From Dehalococcoidia bacterium (GTDB taxonomy: Bacteria > Chloroflexota > Dehalococcoidia > E44-bin15): a DNA stretch of 64,000 bases. The translations under genes and the position numbers were made by a program. Shown in pieces: positions 57,719-64,000 of this stretch. Position 1 is the first letter of the stretch, and every line of letters begins with the position of its first letter. The DNA lies in assembly GCA_035528575.1 (NCBI GenBank), contig DATKYK010000032.1, positions 7,163 to 71,162 on the forward strand. The letters are read 5' to 3'. The notes under the pieces are model-generated. The model worked only from the letters and a program-made list of their open reading frames with translations, made no database searches and had not been told where the DNA came from.

Positions 57719-57991
57719 TTACATTCCCCCCATAGTCTCTGTGTTAAATTTCACAATTCTATTATAGCAGGTAACTTTTGCCCAGGTCAACATCTTCAGC
57801 CTGATTTTCTCAAGTCAACTCCTTGCACTCGTTGGGTAAATACAGGCAAATCACCTGGGTTCCACGACTTCCCTGGCAGCACCATATGCCCGCATTGTGA
57901 GTCTAGCGACTCCCTTTATATTTCGGCATATTTCGGTGCGAAACGAAGAATCCCAATCGTATATTTCGGTCGCTTTGCTCCCTCGTACTAT

Positions 57992-58148
57992 GAGACCGCT
58001 GAAAAAGAGGTGCCCCGAGGCCGACAGGTCGGCCGACACTTCGGCCTATAATCGGGGCCGGGGGTCTCCCCGATGTATCGGGGCAGCTTTAAAAAGTCCC
58101 CCAAGATTGGGGGATTAGGGGGTTGATTGAGAATATTTCAGCAGTCTC
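57992..58148 (+). repeat. long copy of the dispersed MITE/REP-like repeat (with an internal extra palindrome)
   Basis: GAGACCGCTGAAAAAGAGGTGCCCCGA[GGCCGACAGGTCGGCC..]TATAATCGGGGCCGGGGGTCTCCCCGATGTATCGGGG...GGGGGTTGATTGAGAATATTTCAGCAGTCTC. The ends are inverted repeats. Confidence 0.85.
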
Positions 58149-58238
58149 ACTATATTGAGATGAAGTGGAAAGGGTAACAAAGAGACCGTCTGTGGTGTCA
58201 TTCATCTGAATGAGGTCACTTTCCCTCCCGGCTACTTT

Positions 58239-59036
58239 ATGCCAAGTGCTTTCAGTGTTATAATTCGCTCATCACCGAGCAGGGGGACGGAGATCGATAA
58301 CGAGCGCCTGCACCAATTGCTGGCCCGGGTGAAGTCGGGGGATGTGAGCATCGATGATGCCCTGGCTCAGCTTGCCAGCCTTCCCTATGAGGAACTGGGT
58401 TTCGCCAAGCTAGACCATCACCGGGCACTCCGTCGCGGCTTCCCGGAGGTGGTTCTCGGTCTGGGGAAAACCGCCGGGCAGGTTGCGGAGATCGTCGAGC
58501 GGCTCGCCTCCCGCGCCGATAAGGTGCTGGTTACCAAGGTGACAGAGGAGTGCTTCAATGCGGTGCGCCGTCACACCCCCGATGCCGAGTATCATCCGAT
58601 TGCCCGGGCTATCACGGTAAACCGGGCTAAAAAATCCACTCATAACCGCGGGATCATGGTAATAAGCGGGGGCACCGCTGATATTCCGGTCGCTGAAGAG
58701 GCAGCTCTCACCGCGGAACTGATGGGTAATGAGGTGGAGCGATCCTACGATGTTGGCGTCGCCGGGATTCACCGGCTGCTGGACCATCTGCCGCAACTGC
58801 GCCAGGCAAAGGTAATTGTGGCGGTAGCTGGCATGGAGGGGGCCCTTCCCAGCGTGGTCAGCGGTCTGGTATCGGTGCCGATAATAGCGGTACCCACCAG
58901 CATAGGCTATGGGGCCAGCTTCGAAGGGTTAGCGGCACTTCTTACGATGCTAAATTGCTGCTCCGCCGGGGTATCGGTAGTTAATATCGATAATGGCTTC
59001 GGGGCGGGCTACCTAGCTGCTCTGATCAATCTCTAG
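58239..59036 (+). CDS. larB: nickel-pincer cofactor biosynthesis protein LarB (AIR-carboxylase-like)
   Basis: 265-aa ORF with LarB pattern: [21 protein letters not shown] and PurE-like [14 protein letters not shown]...[23 protein letters not shown]. Confidence 0.85.
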   Translation: MPSAFSVIIRSSPSRGTEIDNERLHQLLARVKSGDVSIDDALAQLASLPYEELGFAKLDHHRALRRGFPEVVLGLGKTAGQVAEIVERLASRADKVLVTKVTEECFNAVRRHTPDAEYHPIARAITVNRAKKSTHNRGIMVISGGTADIPVAEEAALTAELMGNEVERSYDVGVAGIHRLLDHLPQLRQAKVIVAVAGMEGALPSVVSGLVSVPIIAVPTSIGYGASFEGLAALLTMLNCCSAGVSVVNIDNGFGAGYLAALINL

Positions 59037-59042
59037 CCCCTC

Positions 59043-62000
59043 CTAGATGGCTTCCTCTTCGATAACTCCCTCCTCAATGGCTATCTCCTCGAGGGATATG
59101 GGCTCCGGAGGCTGCAGTTGGATCTGGGCCTCTGCGGAAAGGTGACAGCGTGCCGGTATCAGTTTGCCGATAATTACATTCTCCTTAAGCCCCTGAAGCT
59201 TGTCCGTCTTACCAGCAACTGCTGCCTCGGTAAGCACCCTGGTGGTCTCCTGGAAGGAGGCGGCGGAAAGAAAGCTATCTGTATTCAGCGAGGCCTTGGT
59301 AATCCCCAGAAGCGCAGGTCGGGCGGTTGCTGGTTCTCCCCCCTCTGCAAGCACCTTGGCGTTAATGTCCTCATAGACAAAGCGGTCTACTAACGCCTCG
59401 GGAAGCAGATCGGTTTCCCCCGGCTCCTCGATGCGAACCTTGCGCAGCATCTGGCGAACGATGGTCTCGATATGCTTGTCATGGATATTTACCCCCTGCG
59501 TGCGATAAACCTGCTGAACCTCATCCACCAGGTACTCCTGGACCGCCTCCCTGCCCATAATACGCAGCAAATCCTGGGGATTAATCAGCCCCTCGGTAAG
59601 CCGCTGCCCCGCCTGGACCCAGGTGCCCGGCTCCACCATAAGACGAGATGCAGCGGAGAGAGGATATACCCGCTCCTCCTTCTCTTCATAAGAGATGGAG
59701 AGCTGATCCTTCTCCACGCTCACCGTGCCGGCTACCCTGGCGATGATGGGAGGGACCTCCACTGTCAGGGCACGCTTGCTAACCGGTGGCTTAGCCAGCA
59801 CCTCCCCCACATCCACCCACTGGTCACTCGTGACCCTGGCCTTCCATCTAGCAGGTAGCGGGTACTCATCGCTATAACGCTCGGTGCTTGACACCCTGAT
59901 CCAGCGGCCCCCCCCTGCCTCCACCTCCACTTCCTCCACCAACCGTCCTCCCCCTTCATCCACCTCCTCCACCCATCCGTCAATTTCGGCTATGATGGCC
60001 TGAACCTTGGGGGTCCTGGCCTCGAAGAGCTCTTCCACACGGGGGAGACCACTAATGATATCCAGTCCGGCCACCCCCCCGGTATGGAAGGTGCGCAAGG
60101 TTAGCTGGGTCCCAGGCTCCCCGATGCTCTGGGCTGCAATAACGCCCACCGCATCTCCCATCTCCACCAGGTGTCCGCGAGCCAGGCTCCTCCCGTAGCA
60201 GAACTGGCAGATACCATGCCTCGCTTGACAGCTCAGAGGTGACCTTATGTAGACCTTGGTGATCCCCGCCTGGTTGATCTCCTTGACCTTCTCCTCATCG
60301 ATCTCCTGGTTCCGCTCCACGATGGTCTCCCCACTCTGGGGGTGAACTATTTTGGCGGCGGCAATTCGCCCCAGGATGCGCTCGGCAAAGGGCGCCAGTA
60401 TACGCCTCTCCTCTGTCTCATAGATCCAAAGACCAGCGGTGGTGCCACAGTCCTCCTCAAGGATGATCAAATCCTGAGCCACATCGACGAGCCGTCTGGT
60501 AAGGTAGCCACTGTCCGCAGTCCTGAGCGCGGTGTCCGCCAGCCCCTTCCTGGCTCCATGGGTGGATATGAAGTACTCCAGCGCTGTTAAGCCCTCCCGA
60601 AAGCTTGAACGAATGGGGAAATCAATGATCTTCCCCGATGGGTCAGTTATCAGGCCTCGCATGCCCGCCATCTGCCGTATCTGGGCAATATTCCCCTTAG
60701 CCCCTGAGGTTGCCATGAGGTATATAGAGCCGTAGCGGTCCAGCGACTCGGCGATGGCATCGGTTACCTTATTCGTGGCCTCCGACCAGAGCTCGACCGT
60801 GCTGGCATAGCGCTCATCATCAGTGATCAGCCCTCTCTGGAACTGCTTATCCACCTCGGCCACCCTTCTCTCCACCTCATCCAGGAGTTTCTTCTTGCCC
60901 GCCGGTGCTTCTATATCATTCATGGCGATGCTGCTCCCCGACCTGGTGGCATAGCGAAACCCCAGGCTTTTAACACTGTCGGCCACCTCAGCAGCCCCTT
61001 CGTCACCCACGCGTTTAAAGCAATCAGCAACCAGCTGCTTGAGCGACTGCTTATCCATCGCCTTATTGATGAAGCCAAACTCCCCGGGGAGCACCTCATT
61101 AAAGATGATGCGACCGACGCCGGTTTTCAGTCGCTCTCCACCCGTATCCGTGACCTCGATCTCTGCATTCAGGTGGATGATCCCCAGTTCATGGGCCAGC
61201 TTCGCCTCCTCAAAGCTGCCGAAGCGCATACCCTCCCCCTTAGCCCCGGGCTTGATCATGGTAAGGTAGAAGCATCCTAGAACAATATCCAAGGTGGGCG
61301 CGATTACCGGCTCCCCGGAGTTGGGTAGCAGCATGTTATGGGTTGCAAGCATTACCTCTCTGGCCTCTATAACCGCAGCCCTGGATAGGGGCACATGAAC
61401 CGCCATCTGATCACCGTCGAAGTCAGCATTGAAGGCGGAACAGACCAGGGGGTGAAGCTGAATGGCACTGCCATTTACCAAGACTGGCTCAAAGGCCTGA
61501 ATACCCAAGCGATGCAGGGTAGGGGCTCGATTCAAGAGGACCGGCCTGTCCTTGACTACCACATTTAACGCATCCCATACTTCCGCCCGCTCCCGTTCCA
61601 CCAGCCGTTTGGCGCTTTTGATATTATGTGCATGTCCATGGAGGATCAGGCGATGCATCACAAAGGGCTTGAACAGCTCCAGGGCCATCCTCTTGGGCAA
61701 ACCACACTGGTGGAGCTTCAGCTCCGGGCCAACCACAATCACCGAACGCCCGCTATAGTCCACCCTCTTGCCCAGCAGGTTCTGTCGGAACCTCCCCTGC
61801 TTCCCCCGAAGCATATCCGATAGCGACTTCAACTTGTGATTACCGGAACTGGTAACCGCCCGCCCCCTCCGGCCGTTATCGATGAGGGAGTCCACCGCCT
61901 CCTGTAGCATTCGCTTCTCGTTACGTACTATTATCTCAGGGGCACCCAGATCCAGGAGCCTCCGCAGCCTGTTGTTACGATTGATCACCCGCCGATAAAG

Positions 62001-62942
62001 GTCATTGAGGTCTGATGTGGCAAACCTCCCCCCATCCAGCTGAACCATGGGACGAAGGTCTGGAGGGAGCACCGGGAGCACGGTTAATATCATCCACTCC
62101 GGCTTATTCCCGCTCCTCCTTAGCGCCTCCACCACCTTGATCCTTTTGTTCGCCTTCTTCCTTCGCTGTCCGGTGCTGGAGCGGATCTCTTGGTAGAGCT
62201 TCTCGCGAAGCTCAGCTAAATCGAGGTTGGTGAGGATATCCAGTATAGCCTCGGACCCCATGCCTGCCCTGAAAACATCGGGATACCTATCCTTGAGCTC
62301 GCGATACCTGTTCTCGGCAAGCACCATCACCGGGTGAAGCTCCCTCAACTCATCGATTCTGGCATTAAGCTCTTCCCACAGGTGCTGACCTCCCTCCTCC
62401 ACAAGTTTCTCTTCCGCAGTCACCATGCTGGACTCAAGCCTGGCGATCTCCTGGTACGTCCGCTCTATAGCCTCCTCCCTCGCCTTATAATCCACATGGG
62501 TAATGATATACTGGGCAAAGTAAAGCACCCGCTCCAGGTTCCGCGGTGAAATGTCCAGCAGGAGGCCCAGGTTGCTCGGGGTCCCCTTCACAAACCAGAT
62601 GTGGCTAACCGGAGCGGCTAGCTCAATGTGCCCCATCCGCTCCCGGCGCACCTTGGCGCGGGCTACCTCAACGCCACACTTATCGCAGACAATGCCCCGG
62701 TATCGCACCTTCTTGTACTTACCACAGTAGCACTCAAAATCCTTTGTCGGCCCGAAGATACGCTCACAGAAAAGCCCATCCCGCTCCGGCTTAAGGGTGC
62801 GATAGTTGATCGTCTCCGGCTTGGTCACCTCTCCCCACGACCAACTCCTGATCTGCTCCGGCGAGGCCAGTGATATCCGTACTGCGCTAAAATCATTAAC
62901 CTCAAGCACTGCTATCTCCTTCCTGATCCCGGTACCTGCCAC
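59043..62942 (-). CDS. rpoC: DNA-directed RNA polymerase subunit beta-prime
   Basis: 1299-aa ORF with a zinc motif ([21 protein letters not shown]), [12 protein letters not shown] and the trigger-loop region. Its start overlaps the rpoB end by about 31 nt. Confidence 0.98.
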   Translation of the reverse strand: MAGTGIRKEIAVLEVNDFSAVRISLASPEQIRSWSWGEVTKPETINYRTLKPERDGLFCERIFGPTKDFECYCGKYKKVRYRGIVCDKCGVEVARAKVRRERMGHIELAAPVSHIWFVKGTPSNLGLLLDISPRNLERVLYFAQYIITHVDYKAREEAIERTYQEIARLESSMVTAEEKLVEEGGQHLWEELNARIDELRELHPVMVLAENRYRELKDRYPDVFRAGMGSEAILDILTNLDLAELREKLYQEIRSSTGQRRKKANKRIKVVEALRRSGNKPEWMILTVLPVLPPDLRPMVQLDGGRFATSDLNDLYRRVINRNNRLRRLLDLGAPEIIVRNEKRMLQEAVDSLIDNGRRGRAVTSSGNHKLKSLSDMLRGKQGRFRQNLLGKRVDYSGRSVIVVGPELKLHQCGLPKRMALELFKPFVMHRLILHGHAHNIKSAKRLVERERAEVWDALNVVVKDRPVLLNRAPTLHRLGIQAFEPVLVNGSAIQLHPLVCSAFNADFDGDQMAVHVPLSRAAVIEAREVMLATHNMLLPNSGEPVIAPTLDIVLGCFYLTMIKPGAKGEGMRFGSFEEAKLAHELGIIHLNAEIEVTDTGGERLKTGVGRIIFNEVLPGEFGFINKAMDKQSLKQLVADCFKRVGDEGAAEVADSVKSLGFRYATRSGSSIAMNDIEAPAGKKKLLDEVERRVAEVDKQFQRGLITDDERYASTVELWSEATNKVTDAIAESLDRYGSIYLMATSGAKGNIAQIRQMAGMRGLITDPSGKIIDFPIRSSFREGLTALEYFISTHGARKGLADTALRTADSGYLTRRLVDVAQDLIILEEDCGTTAGLWIYETEERRILAPFAERILGRIAAAKIVHPQSGETIVERNQEIDEEKVKEINQAGITKVYIRSPLSCQARHGICQFCYGRSLARGHLVEMGDAVGVIAAQSIGEPGTQLTLRTFHTGGVAGLDIISGLPRVEELFEARTPKVQAIIAEIDGWVEEVDEGGGRLVEEVEVEAGGGRWIRVSSTERYSDEYPLPARWKARVTSDQWVDVGEVLAKPPVSKRALTVEVPPIIARVAGTVSVEKDQLSISYEEKEERVYPLSAASRLMVEPGTWVQAGQRLTEGLINPQDLLRIMGREAVQEYLVDEVQQVYRTQGVNIHDKHIETIVRQMLRKVRIEEPGETDLLPEALVDRFVYEDINAKVLAEGGEPATARPALLGITKASLNTDSFLSAASFQETTRVLTEAAVAGKTDKLQGLKENVIIGKLIPARCHLSAEAQIQLQPPEPISLEEIAIEEGVIEEEAI

Positions 62943-64000
62943 CCGGGAATTTCTCCACCCAAATCCTCGACCAGGGCGACGCTCTCCTCCTCCTCATTTA
63001 AGACCTCCACCGCAAGCCCCAAGCTCTGCAGTTCCTTGACCAACACCTTAAAGGATTCGGGTACCCCCGTCTCCCAAATAGCATCTCCCTTGATGATGGA
63101 CTCGTAGGTCCTGGCCCGTCCTGCCACATCATCTGACTTGACCGTCAGTAGTTCCTGAAGCACATGAGCGGCACCATAGGCCTCCAGAGCCCAAACCTCC
63201 ATCTCACCAAAGCGTTGTCCGCCGAACTGGGCCTTGCCGCCCAGTGGCTGCTGGGTAATTAGGGAGTAGGAGCCCGTGGAGCGGGCGTGGGCCTTGTCCT
63301 CGACCAGGTGGCTTAGCTTCATCATGTAAATATAGCCGACGGTCACCGGCTGATCAAAGGGCTCCCCGGTACGACCATCGTAAAGTATTGTCTTCCCCCC
63401 AGCGGGCAGGGGAAGCCCCTTCTCCCGGGAAGCCCGCTTCGCCTCCTCCATCATCTCCTTGTCACCGAGCCCCTCACTGCTGACCCCAATATCCTCCAGC
63501 CACAACCTTAGGCAGGTCCGTTTCGCCTCCCCCTGGTATTTATCGCTGAATACCCGCGAGCCATCGTAGCCCCGCTGCCCGACCCATGCCTTTGCCTGCT
63601 CCAGGTCGAAAGGTTTTCCCTCCTCTGGATCGAGCTTAAGCGCCCCGGCGCGCTGGGCAATCCATACCTGAGCCAGGGCATCCTCAATGGCCTCGGGACT
63701 AGCACCATCGAATACCGGAGAGAGCACCCTGAACCCCAGGGTATGTGCCGCCCATCCCAGATGGGTCTCTAGCACCTGTCCCAGGTTCATCCTCGAGGGG
63801 ACACCGATAGGATTGAGAATAAACTCTACCGGCCTCCCATCCGGCAGGAAGGGCATATCCTCCGGGGGCAATATGCGAGCTATCACCCCCTTGTTGCCGT
63901 GTCGCCCCGACATCTTGTCCCCCTCAGATACCTTCCTCCACTGCGCCACCCATACCCGCACCAGTTTATTGATCCCCGGTGGAAGATCCTTCATATCATT
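62912..64000 (-). CDS. rpoB: DNA-directed RNA polymerase subunit beta, C-terminal part (gene continues beyond the window)
   Basis: The frame is open to the window edge. Contains [39 protein letters not shown] and the C-terminal clamp region. Confidence 0.95.
   Translation of the reverse strand, partial: NDMKDLPPGINKLVRVWVAQWRKVSEGDKMSGRHGNKGVIARILPPEDMPFLPDGRPVEFILNPIGVPSRMNLGQVLETHLGWAAHTLGFRVLSPVFDGASPEAIEDALAQVWIAQRAGALKLDPEEGKPFDLEQAKAWVGQRGYDGSRVFSDKYQGEAKRTCLRLWLEDIGVSSEGLGDKEMMEEAKRASREKGLPLPAGGKTILYDGRTGEPFDQPVTVGYIYMMKLSHLVEDKAHARSTGSYSLITQQPLGGKAQFGGQRFGEMEVWALEAYGAAHVLQELLTVKSDDVAGRARTYESIIKGDAIWETGVPESFKVLVKELQSLGLAVEVLNEEEESVALVEDLGGEIPGWQVPGSGRR

Noticed and set aside
55649-58051. 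800-aa ORF on the plus strand, the longest uninterrupted frame in this part of the window.
   Set aside because: It lies entirely antisense to cooS, whose translation has unmistakable Ni-CODH motifs. The 800-aa product is low-complexity (Gly/Leu/His/Arg-rich) with no motif. This is a typical GC-rich antisense shadow ORF.
32731-58148. Possibility that the dispersed repeats are a CRISPR array.
   Set aside because: Copies are tens of kb apart, in both orientations, with no regular repeat-spacer periodicity and no cas genes in the window.

Overview
This is a 64-kb window from a fairly GC-rich bacterium. Gene content suggests a strict anaerobe: indolepyruvate:ferredoxin oxidoreductase, tungsten-type aldehyde:ferredoxin oxidoreductase, Ni-CODH CooS and LarB. 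Taxonomy cannot be assigned without a database search.

The conserved backbone, in order:
- rpsO-pnp, dapB-asd-dapA, a CBS protein, an ABC solute-binding lipoprotein and purA.
- tRNA-Thr(UGU) and tRNA-Tyr(GUA).
- A gamma-glutamylcyclotransferase-like gene plus two CrtI-like flavoproteins.
- A liv-type ABC transporter fused to an arylpyruvate module (iorAB, paaK, ACT, aor, ferredoxin, aminotransferase, DAHP synthase, PaaI thioesterase).
- An unusual GAF/nuclease-like/HPRT fusion gene, then a LysE exporter.
- tRNA-Thr(GGU)-tuf-rpmG-secE-nusG-rplK-rplA-(DUF2892)-rplJ-rplL.
- An SDR and a rhomboid protease.
- A rlmD-maf fusion, cooS, larB, and rpoC plus the 3-prime part of rpoB.

Several short, visibly AT-rich islets interrupt this backbone.
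- Three of them (about 2.2 to 2.7 kb each) share one topology: intact target gene 3-prime end, then cargo, then a diverged direct copy of that same 3-prime end. The targets are tRNA-Tyr, the rhomboid gene and maf. None carries an intact integrase.
- A fourth decayed AT-rich stretch lies just upstream of tRNA-Thr(GGU)/tuf.

The most interesting cargo is a three-gene operon at 47.8-50.0 kb. It encodes a PD-(D/E)xK-like protein, a divergent uracil-DNA-glycosylase-fold protein, and a protein with a GIY-YIG nuclease domain plus a B3-like N-terminal domain. A cytoplasmic trypsin-like protease lies next to it. I read this as a candidate undescribed glycosylase-plus-nuclease defence module.

A family of MITE/REP-like palindromic repeats with terminal inverted repeats is scattered through the intergenic regions and brackets cooS.

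All functional calls come from motif recognition by eye in the supplied translations. No searches were run.
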